Below are positions 1-50,948 of a stretch of DNA of 64,000 nucleotides, in pieces. Position 1 is the first letter of the stretch; each line of letters begins with the position of its first letter. The stretch comes from Octopus vulgaris. Taxonomy: Eukaryota. A program made the translations under genes and the position numbers. The notes under the pieces were generated by a model. It saw nothing but the letters and a program-made list of their open reading frames with translations. It made no database searches and was not told the origin of the DNA. Where the stretch lies: NCBI GenBank assembly GCA_951406725.2, contig OX597821.1:116188001-116252000 (forward strand), read 5' to 3'.

Positions 1-1140
1 TTTTCTGTTTCGTGATATTTTGCTTTCAGTTGTTTGCGTAAGTGCGTGTCGCTAATTTGAACAAATCCGGTGATGCCGCCGCTGATGATGACTAGGGCAT
101 AACCCCTTTTCCAGAGGGCGTCTCTCACCCCGGCATCAAATGCACCATGTAATCACCGAGCACATAAACGGCAAAGTTTGCATGTGAAGACATTTTGAAT
201 CGGTTCGGAAGGTTTCCAATAATACAGAGCAGCTGTTCTAATCAATAACAACCTTTAGGAGACCATTAATATTTCATTGTAGGCTGGGCATTCCGTAGTG
301 GTGGTCTTTTTCCAGTTTCTTTAAATACAAACTCTGGGATAAGATGGATTTTGGTATCCTTGCTAACCTGGGTGAACACTGTGATATGTTCCCTAGATAA
401 ATGGTGGTTTTCTTTGACGAACGTTTATCTTGATTTCTGAATAATAAGGTAACTTGTCCGCTACTTTCATTCCGTTGCAAGGGCATTTGATCTCCATTGA
501 TAATTAGGAGGATCTACGCCAAATTTGTCGAGGAAATAACAACGCACACTCCAAATGCTCTTCAAATAATCCTGAATGTGCTCAACCCATTGCTCTTTGG
601 AGACTGAAATGTGTTTGTTTGGGAATCTCAGTGATACTTTATACCCCTTTTTGCCAACCTTTCATCCAGCTTTTTGAAAAACAAGGCCTTACCTCAGTTG
701 GTGAGTCCACTCCTCATAAAATTTCTCAGCCTGTAATAGGAAAAGAGCTTGTGGTAATCTCGCATGCAGCGATGTTCTAACAGCCACAAACCATTCAAAC
801 GATGCGTCTTTCACGCCTGGTACTTTTGTTTTACGACCTTCTCCAGCGACTCTGAAATACTTCATTAGGTGTTTTTCGGCGCAGTCAAGTTCACCTTTCA
901 AATATTTTTCATAGCAGCGTTTGGCTACTTTAACTACAGAATCAAATAGTCGATCAGAGCTTTTGACACCAGCCAAATTCGAGTAAAACAAACGAACTGC
1001 TTTGGCGAGATATCCCTGCTTCGATGTGTCTGGGACATGGCGTTTCCTTTTAGCATCCCAATGACTTCCCCCTTTCATTCGCTCTAATGCAGAATCATAC
1101 TCCTCTTTGCATTTGTTCACCACGATAGTGGTGTTTACTT
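1..1140 (-). mobile_element. Degenerate pogo/Tigger-like (CENP-B HTH + DDE) transposase
   Basis: GRKTKVPGVKDASFEWFVAVRTSLHARLP (CENP-B HTH-like), then FSKSWMKGW and INGDQMPL (first catalytic D), broken by stops and frameshifts; runs off the window edge. Confidence 0.6.
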
Positions 1141-1491
1141 TTCTTCTATAGAATAATTTCCATACGTTGCACCACGAAATACTCTTTTCTCTGCCATGAT
1201 GTTAGGAAAAAAGTTCAAAAAGAAATTACCCAGTCGTGTTCATCTTGTTAAAACTTTTATTTCGTAAAAAGCTTGTCCTGTAAGGATAAACAGTTCGTCA
1301 TTGAAGTTCTTAGTTTACGTGGAATTTGAGTTGGTGATTGGTAGAGAAATCGCAGAGAAGCTGAAAATGAAGACTTGTTGACTACAGTGCAGAGGGGCAG
1401 TAAACTCTCGCATATGTTACAGACAAGGGCAGTTGTCCAGCCTAAAGTTTTCATAAACTCCGGCTGGTTGTAAATGTTTTTTTTTTTGTTT

Positions 1492-1791
1492 TTTGTTGTT
1501 TGTTCCTTCTCGAGCCATGCCTGGCTCATAAGGGCCGGTTTCCCAGTTTCCTTGGCGTATAGGTTCCCCATCTGGACGGGACGCCGGTCCGTCGCAGGGG
1601 AGTTGCAAGATGCAGGAGGAAAGAGTGAGAGAAACTGGTGGCGAAAGAGTCAGCAGAAGTTCGCCATTACCTTCTGCCGGAGCCGCGTGGAGCTTAGGTG
1701 CTTCGCTCATAAACACACACATCGTCCGGTCTGAGATTCGAACCCGCGATCCCTCGACCGCTGCTCTAACCACTAAGCCATGTGCCTCCAC
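1492..1791 (-). mobile_element. tRNA-derived SINE with a V-domain-like segment (family E)
   Basis: Box A TGGCTTAGTGG, box B GTTCGAATC, CTGCGACGGACCGGCGTCCCGTCCAG V-like core and (CAA)n tail. Other copies at 4035-4343(-) and a 3' fragment at 3375-3432(+). Confidence 0.75.
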
Positions 1792-1967
1792 TTTCCCCAT
1801 TTTCCCTATTTCTAATTAATTCTTCATACGTCCACATAAATCATTTCGACTGCCTTACAACATATTTTATTCTACGCTTGGATTTCTTGTACGCATGCTT
1901 GGTGAGTGATATTTTATTACTCACGAACTGTGATTATTATTGTTAAATAACTATCAGGTGATATATG

Positions 1968-2198
1968 TTTCTTTACTACCCACAAGGGGCTAAACATAGA
2001 AGGGACAAACAAGGACAGACAAACGGATTAAGTCGATTACATCGATCCCAGTGCGTAACTGGTACTTATTTAATTGACCCCGAAAAGATGAAAGGCAAAG
2101 TCGACCTCGGCGGAATTTGAACTCAGACCGTAACGGCGGACGAAATACAGCTACGCATTTAGCCCGGCGTGCTAACGGTTCTGCCAGCTCGCCGCCTT
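1968..2198 (-). mobile_element. tRNA-derived SINE family B (Meta-domain-like core)
   Basis: GGCGGCGAGCTGGCAGAA...GAGTTCAAATTCC head and GCCTTTCATC(C/T)TTTCGGGGTC...AAGTACCAG core; more than 12 copies in the window. Confidence 0.8.
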
Positions 2199-2710
2199 CT
2201 GCCAGGTGATACGAACGATCTAAATCTACGTTAAATGACCGGATAAATGACAAAAGAAATTCAGCAAAAAATATTGTTTTTAAATGACTATCAGGTGATA
2301 TGAACGTCACGAGAAAGGGATAAAGGAGAAGAATTTATTAAGATTGAAGGGAAGTAACTAAGAATTTTAGAAACAATGATTTACGTCCCTTAGATTACGA
2401 TTCTGAAAGGTCATTCGTAACTTACGCAAGAATATTTCAGATTTAAAACGGAGACACAATGTCATGATTTTTATTGCGTTCTAATATCTTCTCCGCGTTT
2501 TGTAATAATTTTCACCGGTTTATTTATTTATTTACTTTCGTAATAAATTTTTGAAATTGTAAAATGAATTTATGGACAATTTATATGTTACGGTTGGTAT
2601 TTCTATTAGAAAGTAGACATGTGTTACATTCCGGTGAACTAATCTTCTGAAAGCATAATAATAAAAAAAAGAGACATACATACATACGTACATACATACA
2701 TATCATCAGA

Positions 2711-3090
2711 CAAATGGATGAGCCTATATGAGCAAAAGACTATGCAGGGATAAGTTAGTAGAAAGATCCAAGATGATAGAAACATTGATCATCAAAGCAG
2801 TTTATCATGGACCAATAGCCGGATTTCTACCTTCCACTTTGGAGGGTATGCGTTTGCAATTCAGGAACAGGAAATATCAACCAAGTACCTGATGGACGAA
2901 ATGGATAGAGATGCGGGGAAAGCCGTAAAATGTGACAACCAATGCAGACTTTGTGGAGTTCACACTGAAGATATTACCCACATCATAAGCAGTTGTCCGA
3001 AAATGTCATCACGGTATTTATCCACTGATGAGGCATGACGTTATGCTAGGACATTTTATAACGAAATCCGTCGGAAGGATAATTCTGAGG
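2711..3090 (+). mobile_element. R4/Dong-clade non-LTR retrotransposon 3' fragment
   Basis: Translates to ...AFAIQEQEISTK...CRLCGVHTEDITHIISSC...RHD (CCHC knuckle preceding the RLE nuclease); contains a stop and a frameshift. Confidence 0.75.
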
Positions 3091-3578
3091 ACATTTGGTG
3101 TAGGAGACTATTAATCGAAAATACGATGAATGCTTTGGAGCCACAACTATCAGCCTTTTTAAATAACTAGTTAATCTTCAGATGAATTAACACGCTCGTA
3201 GTGATTTTCGACTGAAACTTGAATTTAGTATGCAGAGAGTTGCTACCAACAACATGGCTTGACACAACACCACCACCAACAACAACAACACAACCGAAGA
3301 ACAGAACGAAAACAACAGCTCAGCAGGTAAACAAATTCTTTCTAGCTTAGAAGAAACCGTAATTACAGAACTCACGCCAAGGAAACCGGGCCTTGTTAGC
3401 CAGGCGTGGCTCGAGAAGGAACTCACAACAACAATATATATGTGTGTCTCTGTGCACACACACACATGCACGCAAACACACTCACACACATACATGCATA
3501 CATACACACATACACACAGACAGACAGTCAGAGAAACAGCTTAATTGAGAGATTTCTGCATCTTAGCAGACTTTCAAC

Positions 3579-4744
3579 TTAATCCTTTAGCATTCAGATA
3601 ATTCTGTCAAATGTGATGCTTAATTATTTACATTGTTTTGAATTAACCATGTATTATCTCATAGCTTCAAGATTGCAATGACGTCATCATCATCATCATC
3701 ATCACCATCCTTTAACATCCATTTTCCATGCCGGCATGGGTCGGATGGTTTGATCAGGGCTGGCAAGCTGCACCAGGCTCCCGTCTGATTTGGCTTGGTT
3801 TCTATGGCTGGATGCTTTACCTAACGCCAACCACTTACTGTGTGCTGGGTGCTTTATACGTGGCACCAGCTCAACCACTTCTATGTGACACTGGCACAAG
3901 TGCTGTTTATGGGGCACCAGCAAAGGATTCTTGCAGGTCAATCGTCTTCACCAGGGGATATAGCCTTAACACTTCTGCTGTGGAGGATGGGTAACTTAGT
4001 GGTTCAGTTAACGACACCAATAGAATAAGTGTCGTTGTTGTCATTTGTTCCTTCTCAAGCCATGCCTGGCTCATAAGGGATGGTTTCCCAGTTTTATTGG
4101 CACATGGGTTCCCAACTCGGATGAGACACCAGTCCATCACAGGTGAGCTTCTAGATGCAGGAGGAAAGAGTGAGAGAAAGTTGTGGTGAAAGAGTCAACA
4201 GAAGTTTGCCGTTACCTTCTCCTGGAGCTGCATGGGGCTTAGATGTTTTGCTCATAAACACACACATTGCCTGGTCTGAGAATCGAACCCGCAATCCCTC
4301 AACTGTGAGTCTGCTGCTGTAACCACTAGGCCTTGTGCCTCCACTAGTAGAATAAGTACCAGACTTTAAAAAATAAATATAGAGGCTGATTTGTTTAACA
4401 AAACCCTTCAAAGGTGGTGCTCCAGAATGGCAGCTGTCCAGTGACTGAGACAAATGAAAGGTAACATTCTTTTATTCTTTTACTTGTTTCAGTTATTTGA
4501 CTGTGGCCATGCTGGAGCACCACCTTAAAGGGTTTTAGTCGAAGAAATTGACCCCAGGTATTTCAGTCATTTGTCATCTTGTTTGAAAGGTTCAATGTTC
4601 CAAGGTTGCCTTTCACTACTTCATCTTCATCCTTCAAGAAAAACATTACAGGGTAAGTATGAAAGGTTGGATCTGGCTTCTTTGAATATAAAACAGGTAG
4701 AATATTTGGGCTGGATATGGCTGGTTTAAATTCTAAAGGGTTAA
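3579..4744 (+). mobile_element. piggyBac-type MITE split by nested SINE/LINE insertions
   Basis: 5' half ttaatcctttagcatt at 3579 and 3' half ...ctaaagggttaa at 4744; an uninterrupted copy lies at 18354-18582. Confidence 0.55.
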
Positions 4745-4796
4745 ACACTACCTATCTGTATACATTTTTTCGTTTTGTTAATAAGCAATCTAAAAA

Positions 4797-5180
4797 TCAT
4801 CATCATCATCATCATCATCGTTTAACGTCCGCTTTCCATGCTAGCATGGGTTGAATGGTTCAACCGGGGTCTGGGAAGCCAGGAGGCTGCGCCAAGCTCC
4901 AGTCTGATCAGGCAGTGTTTCTACAGCTGGATGCCCTTCCTAATGCCAACCACTCCATGTCTGTAGTGGGTGCTTTTTACATGCTATAGGAGGCTGGCAA
5001 ACGGCCGCAATCGGTTGGTGCTTTTTTCATGTCACTGACATGGACTCCAGTCAGGTGGTGCTGGCATCTGCCATGTTCGGATGGTGCTTTTTATGTGCCA
5101 TCGGCATGGGTATCACAACTACAATTTCCATTTGATTTCTATTTTGATGTTGGTGTACTTGACTCAATAGGTCTCCTCAA
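4797..5180 (-). mobile_element. RTE LINE 3'UTR-derived repeat (family C)
   Basis: (ATG)n tail, CCATGCTAGCATGG palindrome and AGGAAGGGCATCCAGCTGTAGAAA motif; the same sequence follows the RTE ORF at 21776-23545. Confidence 0.75.
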
Positions 5181-6204
5181 ACAAATCAGAAATCAACAAC
5201 AACAGCATAAACAATAAATCAAAAATAAGCAAATTTATGTAACAGTGGTATGTCTTTTTTAAAAAAAATACAGAAGAGAAAATTTCAGACTCTTCATTAA
5301 AGAATAATATTTGGTTTCAATCCCTCTGTATATCACCTCAGACAAAAGTCTTCAACTACAGACCCTACTGACCAACGCCTTGTGTGTGTATGTGTGTTTC
5401 CGCCCCCTACCCCCACCCCACCATCTGACAACCAGTGCTAGTTTATTTATGCTCCCGTAACTTAGTGGTTCAGCTAACGACACCAATAGAATAAGTATTA
5501 GACTTTAAAATACAATATAGAGGCTGATTTGTTGAACAAAACACTTAAAGGTGGTGCTCCAGCATGGCAGCTGTCTAGTGACTGAGGCAAATGAAAAAAA
5601 GACATTCTTTTATTCTCCTATTCTTTTACTTGTTTCAGTCATTTAACTGTGGCCATGCTAGAGCACCTCCTTAAAAGGTTTTAGTCAAACAAATCGACTC
5701 CAGAACATATTCTTTGTAAGCCTAGTACTTATAAAACACATTAAAAATATACATATAAATAAAAACACAAAAGGTAAAAATATATATGCAAATAGAATAC
5801 AAATCAAGCTAGGACAGGAGACAAACAAGAACACGTCTTCCTTGTTCCAGCTACAACGGAGAGAAAGAAGAGTAAAAAGTTGGAAAAGCTATATCTTAAA
5901 AATCACAGCAGAGATAAGTCCATAATATAAACATTAATGTATTAATAAATAAATAGATAAAGTATAGGTATGATCATTAAGAAAATTTCTTTTTTAAGGT
6001 TTTAAAAGTTCCTACAATCACTTCATGAATGTACTACCTCTCAAATTATTTCTGCTGTGATTTTTAAGATATTATTTTCCCAACATTTTACTCCCTAATA
6101 TATAATCACTCTCATTAAATCTCTAAATATCTTTTTAAGGTTTTAGACATATCTCATATCAGAGCACTTAACTGACATCCAATACACCTTGTTTTCAAAG
6201 GACA

Positions 6205-6640
6205 TCATCATCATCATCATCATCATTGTTTAACGTCCGCTTTCCATGCTAGCATGGGTTGGACGATTTGACTGAGGGCTGGTGAACCAGATGGCTGCAC
6301 CAGGCTTCAATCTTGATCTGGCAGGGTTTCTACAGCTGGATGCCCTTCCTAATGCCAACAACTCTGAGAGTGTAGTGGGTGTTTTTACATGCCACCGGCA
6401 CGGGGCCAGTCAGGCGGTACTGGCAACGACCTCGCTCGAATCGTTTACACATGCCACCGACACAGGTGCCAGTAAGGCGATGTTGGTAACGATCATGCTT
6501 AAATGGTGTCTTTTATGTGCCACCGGCACGAAGGCCAGATAGCCGCTCTGGCAATGATCACGCTCGGATGGTGCTCTTAACACCCTACTAGCACGGGGCT
6601 CGAGTGCCAGTAAGGCGATGCTGGTAATGATAACCTTCAA
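6205..6640 (-). mobile_element. RTE 3'UTR-derived repeat (family C) with internal ~55-60 bp tandem units
   Basis: As above. Further copies near 3683, 12081, 16567, 24442, 29710, 33897, 36728, 37855, 44968, 46510, 51505 and 63101. Confidence 0.75.
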
Positions 6641-7446
6641 AGCTGAGGTTACACAATAACCAGTAATTTCTCAAGGTTACCTCACATGTATGTAACAAAC
6701 AAACCCAGTGGTGTAACTAGAGAGTGTCCATCACCTGGAATAATCCTTGAATTTGCTGCCCCTCCAACAGGCTTCCAAACCTATTTAGACTTATATTGCT
6801 GACCTAAATGTGTTTCCCCTTCATACAAACATCACCCTCGGTGAATTGCATGCCCTTGTCCCTCCTCTGAAGCTGTGCTACGACTCCCACCACTTATAAT
6901 TTTTGGAAGGGAGCATTGTAGATTACAACCATTCCATTCCTGGTTCTAATTTTATCAACCCCAGTGGGATTTGTGTACAAGAATGTAAAATGGTGTAACT
7001 TAATACCACAGAAGACATTTGTCTGACTCCTTAGAGACTGAGCTACTTTTTAACCCTTGCGTATATTAGCATTCCTGAAACTATCCCAAAATCTATGTTC
7101 TATTATCAGTGTTAGAAAATACTTCAGTTCTGATCACTTGCTTGTAAAATACAAAGTTCATGTGAAGCTCATATCAGAATATATATCAGATATGGACACA
7201 GGACATAAAACTCACTGTAGGCCATCAAATCTTTTGTATGGACCACTGGTGGGTGGGTAGGGTCCATACATGCATACATACAAACGAGACAGATGAGTGA
7301 CAACCTGGCCACTGGTGGTGGTGTAACACACCATACTAATCATATCTGTCGGGCATGTGGAAGAGAGTGTAATTCGGCAGGAGGACTTAAACGACTTGCA
7401 GAGGTACATGAAGCCCAGTTACAACTACAGCCGGCTATTACCGGTA

Positions 7447-8040
7447 AAGGTTTTAGGTGTTTTCGCTCAATAAACACACACAACGCTCGGTCTGGGAATC
7501 GAAACTGCAATCCTCCAACCGTGAGTCTGCTGACCTAGCCACTGGGCCATTGCACCTCCTTGTGCCCTTTTAAAGCCTAGCCAGGCTCATGGGACCGGTT
7601 TCCCTGTTTCAATGGCATATGTGTTCCCCAGCTGGATGGGACGCCAGTCCATCGTAGTGTTACTCATTTTTGCCAGCTGAGTGGACTGGAGCAACGTGAA
7701 ATGAAATGTTTTGCTTAAGAACACAACATGTCGCCCGGTCCAGGAATCGAAACCACAGTCTTACGATCACAATGCTGACACCATAACCACTAAGCCACGC
7801 ACCTCCACACTCCACAGACATGAATACCCTTAATGTGCTTCTCAGGGAGATTCAGTGTAACAGAATATGACAAGGCTGGCCCTTTGAAATACAGGTACTA
7901 TTCCTTTTTGCCAGCTGAGTTGACTGGAGCAACGTGAAATAAAGTGTCTTGCTTAAGGACACAATGTATCACCAGGTATTGAACTCACAACCTCACAATT
8001 CTGAGCTGAATACCCAAACCACTGAGCTATGTACCTCCAC
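7447..8040 (-). mobile_element. Cluster of tRNA-derived SINEs (family D head, CORE+V family F, CORE family G)
   Basis: Three tRNA-like heads starting (GT)GGAGGT on the minus strand; CORE-like GTGT(T/C)CTTAAGCAA...TCACGTTGCTCCAGTC segment in two of them. Confidence 0.65.
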
Positions 8041-8159
8041 CTTGATTCTACAGCAAGTTCTCAAGTGATATCCCCAGCCCCTACCAGGAACAAAGGTCTA
8101 CCACTGTGCACGAATTCACCTCTTCTGTCTCACTTCCACCCTTTTTCACAAACCTCACT

Positions 8160-8420
8160 ATAACCACTCCCTAAACCTTCACCATCTACTTCGTCCTCAA
8201 AATTCGCAGACAATTCCAGCCATCCTGTCGTCTCAAGCTGCACCTGCCTTGCTGAACTTCTCTCTGTGCACATTGACAAAATATTACCACCTCTCATAGC
8301 ATCCTTAGTCTCAAACATTAAAGATACCAACCATGCCGTTGACCTCTTCATTTCATTCTCTTCTCTGCCTGGACAGTCCAAACACTTTTGCACCTTGGAT
8401 ATCAAATCTCTCCATAGTCA
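8160..8420 (+). mobile_element. Penelope-like element reverse transcriptase fragment
   Basis: YFVLKI...HPVVSSCTCLAELLSVHIDKILPPLIASLVSNIKDTNHA...TLDIKSL matches the PLE RT motifs (LPKIHK, RPIVS, YIKDT, MDVxSLY). Confidence 0.75.
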
Positions 8421-8432
8421 TCTCCAAAAGAG

Positions 8433-8700
8433 TCAGAGAATTTCTATGGCTTCGTTAGCCTCGATTTTTGACCTTCTAATTCCACTGATTATAATCCCAT
8501 GGATTAATGTGTTGGTTGTGGCTGAGAAAGACACCAACTGCTCTGCCTGCAACATCAAAGTGGTGGTAATTATTGAGGAGGCATCCAAAGATCTTCCCAG
8601 GGACACAGTGAGAAATGCACCAGGTTCCAGAGCCATTTTGAGGCCTTGGTAGAAGCTGAGGACAACTATTTTGAGTAAATTGTTATCAGCCAACCAGAAT
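8433..8700 (-). mobile_element. Very degenerate non-LTR RT C-terminal fragment
   Basis: EPGAFLTVSLGRSL resembles the PxYLGVxLDRxL motif. Confidence 0.3.
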
Positions 8701-8803
8701 CTAGTTGATATCTTTTTATTTCTTATAATGCTTTTACTTTTAAATGTTGCATTTTCTTTCCCATCTTAATCAGTCAAATTTGACCTGAACACTGTACATA
8801 ACA

Positions 8804-8846
<43 letters not shown>

Positions 8847-9262
8847 GTGTGTGTTTATAATGTATTTGAACACGCATACAAGTGCATACACACCACGAGT
8901 AACAAAATAAGTATAAAAAGCTAAGACATCAAGATAAGGTAGTTCAAAGTGTCATCACAGGTACATTGTGTGACATAATTTAAGCTCTTTAACTATCTGA
9001 TAACATATTTCAATAAACACAATAGAAGTGATAGGTAATTGCTCTCATGACTTCTGATCTGAACTGATTAGAAGTGCTAAAACATGTACATGTTTTGTCT
9101 TGGTGTAAAAGATGAGCGACAGCAAATATTCTGCTCAATACTACAGATTTGCTTGTTAGTTGTTTGACCATAACCAGTTGAGCATGTCCCTTGGTGGCTG
9201 ACAATATATGCATATCTGATCATGAGCAGAAATAGTTGTGTGGCAAAGGAGATGTTGGTTAA

Positions 9263-9479
9263 CCCTTTCGTTACTGTATTTATTTTGAGATGCTCTGTCT
9301 TTCAATTATTTTAAATATAACAAAGAATTTAGTAAAATAACTTAATTAACATTAAGCTAGTGTTAGGAACAGAAATTGCGACTAAGGTTTGGTGGAAGAT
9401 TTTAATTCAGAACTTATGAAAACAAAACATTTGTACTACAGAGCCAGAGCTGGTTTTGGCTGGGTTGGTAACGAAAGGG
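9263..9479. mobile_element. piggyBac-type MITE
   Basis: TTAA|CCCTTTCGTTAC...GTAACGAAAGGG|TTAA: perfect 12-bp TIR with TTAA TSD. Confidence 0.85.
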
Positions 9480-10322
9480 TTAATGTGGGGTACCTATTTG
9501 AATGAGTGTGTGTCAGAAGACTAGTAACATTTAAATATATGTTTGCATAAAAGGCACAATAAAATACCAGGAGACAATGTTCCCTTTTGGTTAACAAACC
9601 TGGGAATTTATTCTGGTGCAATCAAGATATTACCAGAGCTTACAGATAAGTCTTCCCAATAATCGGGAAGGAATATTGAAGAAATATTGAAGGCGCGACT
9701 GTAAGGTAGGCATCTGTTTTTTATTGGGAGAGGGGGGATTCAGTGGAGTTTTGTTGTTTGATATTGTTTTTCTTTTTTCGAATAAGAAATCCTCACTGGA
9801 TCCTGGACATTTGTCTACCTGCAGTCGTGCTAAGTGATTCACTTAGCTGTAAGAATTGTTGTTTGGGGGCATATCTTGCCTTCGAAAAATTTGTGACATT
9901 TTTGAAAATTTGACCAATTTGTTGAAGATTTTCTTTTGTGTGTTCTTGCTGCTTCTGTGACCTGGAGTGCCTGTGTGGAATACCATTTTTTGGAATACCT
10001 GTGGACCAGGATTACCAAGTGGCCGGAATTGTGTTGCTGTGACTTGAACTGTCTTCCTTTGTTAATTTTCTCTGCTCTTTTTATTTTTGACTTTATTTAA
10101 ATTTTCTGTCTGAACTATTTTTGGGACTCTCTTTTCTGCATATATATATATATATGTATGTGTATGTATATGTTTGTATGTCTGTGTTTGTCTCCCCAAC
10201 ATCACTTGACTAAAGTTGGTGCTCCAGCATGGCCACAGCCAAATGACTGAAACAAGTAAAAGAGTAAAAGAGAGTAAAGAGTATATGTATGTACATATAT
10301 ATAAGTGCATGTGTGTGTGTGA

Positions 10323-10653
10323 GTGAAGGCACATGGCTCAGTGGTTAGAGTGTCGAACTTATGATCATGAGGTTGTGAACTCAAATCCCGGACCGGGCTG
10401 CATGTTGTGTTTTTGAGCAAGACACTATATTTCACATTGCTCCAGTTCACTCAGCTGTAGAAATGAGTTGCGACGTCACTTGTGCCAAGCTGTATCGGCC
10501 TTTGCCTTGGATAACACTGGTGGCGTGGAGAGGTGAGGCAGGTATGCATGGGCGACTGCTGGTCTTCCATAAACAACCTTGCCCGGACTTGTGCCTAGGA
10601 GGGTAACTTTCTAGCTGCAATCCCATGGTCTATGTCGTGACCGAAGGGGGTCT
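10323..10653 (+). mobile_element. tRNA/CORE SINE family H
   Basis: TGGCTCAGTGG box A and CORE-like segment; its 3' part is shared with 49580-49775(-). Confidence 0.7.
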
Positions 10654-10790
10654 CAGAATATATATGTGTATATATATACATATATTTATGTGTGTGTGTG
10701 TGTATGTATATATATATATACATGTGTGTGTGTGTATGTGTGTATATATATATATATCTATATATATATATATATGCGTGTGTGTGTATA

Positions 10791-11181
10791 TACTCTTACT
10801 CTCTCTCTCTTTTACTTGTTTCAGTCATTTGACTGTGGCCATGCTGGAGCACCGCTTTTAGTCAAGCAAAGCAACACCAGGACTTATTCTTTGTAAGCCT
10901 AATATTTATTGTATCGGTCTCTTTTGCCGACCTGTTAAGTTATGGGAATGTAAACACACCAGCATCAGTTGTCAAGCGATGTTGTGGGGGACAAACACAT
11001 ACATATATATATACATATATATACGATAGGCTTCTTTCAGTTTCCATCTACCTAATCCACTCACAAGGCTTTGGTCAGCCTGAAGCTATAGTAGAAGACA
11101 CTTGCCCAAGGTACCATGCAGTGGGACTGAACCCAGAACCATGTGGTTCGTAAGCAAGCTACTTACCACACAGCCACTCCT
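10791..11181 (-). mobile_element. tRNA-derived SINE family A (CORE-like, internal microsatellite, (TAAAAGAG)n tail)
   Basis: AGGAGTGGCTGTGTGGTAAG head and ACCTTGGGCAAGTG CORE-like motif; the most abundant family (more than 20 full or partial copies). Confidence 0.85.
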
Positions 11182-11277
11182 ACACACACACACACACACA
11201 TATATGTGTATGTGTGTGTATGTATGTATGTATGTATGTATGTATGTATATATGTGTGTGTATATATATATATATAC

Positions 11278-11675
11278 TGAAGCGTTGTGACATTGCTCTG
11301 AGCTCCTGGGAGAGTGCAGTAGGGGATCGCAGCAAATGGAGGAAAATGTGTTTTCTAAAGACTATAGAATTTGAAAGTAACCGTCTTCGTCATAGGGATG
11401 CCCTTCGTGCAAATTTGAAAGCAACGCATCAGCAAAATCCACCAAACTATGACTGTGTGTGTCACCGTGGGTTGAAAGCACGAAGCAAAGCTGGGTTAGC
11501 TGTCCACTCGAGAAGACATTTTGAACCAACGAATACATGCAGGTGTACCATTTGCGAGAAAGTGTGCAAGACATCTGCTGGATTGAAGGTACACATGCGG
11601 TGTCACAAGGCTTAGGAATTGTTGAAGGTTTTTTACTGAACCCTCATTCATCGTCTTCGATGAGAAAATCCACCA
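11278..11675 (+). mobile_element. RTE (BovB-like) LINE 3' end with C2H2 fingers
   Basis: LKRCDI..SSWESAVGDRSKWR, two C2H2-like fingers, a stop, a CATCGTCTTCGATG hairpin and a (TA)n tail; a related finger fragment lies at 7290-7445. Confidence 0.75.
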
Positions 11676-11700
11676 TATATATATATGTATGTATATACAT

Positions 11701-12714
11701 ACACAAGGGAGGACAAAAATTATCTGCACTTTCACCATAACATATCCTTATTATTGTCACACTGCCTTCTGTGCATGCATGCTTATAGTTGGTACTATTG
11801 TGGTCATTGTGGTCACATGATTAAAGATTGAGCCTGATCATGGTATTTTTACTTCCTGGTTTTACAGTGTAAACATGGCCACTCCACTAGCAATGTGCAC
11901 CAAAGAAGAACAAAGAGCAGTGATCTGAGAGATGGTAATGGTGAACCAGTTCACCATTACCATCTTTCGAGCTTGCTGAATCTTCTCGTCAGTGATGGAG
12001 GTTGATGGGCATCCTGATCTCTTTTCGTGCATCATGCTTGTCCAGCCACTTTTAGACTTCTCAATCCACTCATACATACTTCATCATCATCATCGTTTAA
12101 CGTCCATTTTCCATGCTGACATAGGTTGGATGGTTCGACTGGGGTCTGGGAAGCTAGGAGGCTGCACCAGGCTCCAGTCTGATCTGGCACTGTTTCTACA
12201 GCCGGATGCCCTTTCTAATGCCAACCACTCCGAGAGTATAGTGGGTGCTTTTTACGTGCCACTGGCACAAGGGCCAGAGGGGGCTGGCAATGATCACGAT
12301 TGGTTGGTACTTTTTACGTGCCACCGGCATGGAAGCCAGTCAAGGTGGTGCTGGTATTGGCCTTGTTCGGATGGGGATCGCAACTACAATTTCCATTTGA
12401 TTCCATTTACTTCTACACAGTAATGCACTATCCCTGTATTGTAATTAAAGCCTCCAATGAATTTCAGCACCTGACATGCCTTACCACCAGAGAAATCGGT
12501 TCACTTCTCTTTGTTCTTCTTTGGTGCACATTGCTAGTGGAGCAGCCATGCTTACACTGCAAAGCCAGAAAAAAAAAATTGCACAATCAGGCTCAAACTT
12601 CAATCACGTGACCACAATAGTACCAACTATAGGCATGCATGCACAGAAGGCAGTGTGACAATAATAAAGATATATTATGGTGAAAGTGTGGATAATTTTT
12701 GACTTCCCCTTGTA
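11701..12714. mobile_element. Mariner-derived foldback element (two 5' ends)
   Basis: ~215-bp inverted arms, each containing the transposase start (MAxPLAMCTKEEQR); HTH remnant VYEWIEK...RSGCPSTS; family C insertion at 12081-12400. Confidence 0.8.
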
Positions 12715-13232
12715 TATATATCATCATTATCATCATCATTGTTTAATATCCACCTATATATACATCATCAGACTGGAGCCTGGTGCAGCCTCCTGGCTTC
12801 CCAGACCCCAGTCGAACCATCCAACCCATGCTAGCATGGAAAACAGACGTTAAAAGATGATGATGATAATGATGATGATGATGATGATGATGATGATGTG
12901 TGTGTGTGTGTGTCTGTGTCTGTGTTAGTCCCTGCAACATCGCTCGACAACCAATGCTGGTGTGTTTGCGTCCCCGTAACTTAGCAGTTCAGCAAAAGAG
13001 ACCGATAGAATAAGTACTAGGCTTACAAAGAATAAGTCCTGGGGTCACTTTACTCGACTAAAGGCGGTGCTCCAGCGTGGTCACAGCCAAATGACTGAAA
13101 CAAATAAGAAAAAAAAGGAAAAGAATATATCTATATACGTGTGCTTATATATCCAGTGAAATGTTTTGATAATTTCTGAGATGGCACTCATCTATGATGC
13201 AATACATTCAGAGAAGATAAATAAAAGAATTC

Positions 13233-13273
13233 TTTATTAAATTATAAACATAGAATTTATTCTTTATTTTATT
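13233..13273 (-). terminator. Candidate polyadenylation signals of the M6PR-like gene
   Basis: Several TTTATT hexamers (AATAAA on the minus strand) 115-155 nt past the stop codon; the background is AT-rich, so this is weak evidence. Confidence 0.4.
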
Positions 13274-13387
13274 TACAAATTCTCTACGTTTTTCACTCAC
13301 AAATGTTCATATCCAAGAGAAAAAAATAACGGCTTCAAAATGATATTTTATATAAAAGTTATATCCTCTCAATTTTGGGGATCATGT

Positions 13388-50948
<37,561 letters not shown>

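Noticed and set aside
4580-4637. Plus-strand exon with a GTAAGT donor
   Set aside because: The donor lies in piggyBac MITE sequence and no partner exons were found
5872-6092. ~45-bp imperfect inverted repeat
   Set aside because: Real but short and AT-rich, with no ribozyme core, TIR or TSD to classify it
9590-10135. Possible coding or PLE N-terminal remnant
   Set aside because: No motif I could identify confidently; left unannotated
11214-11615. C2H2 zinc-finger ORF as a host gene (octopus ZNF expansion)
   Set aside because: It starts in a microsatellite, has the RTE WE..A.DRSKWR motif and is followed by an RTE-type 3' hairpin and tail, so it is a LINE end
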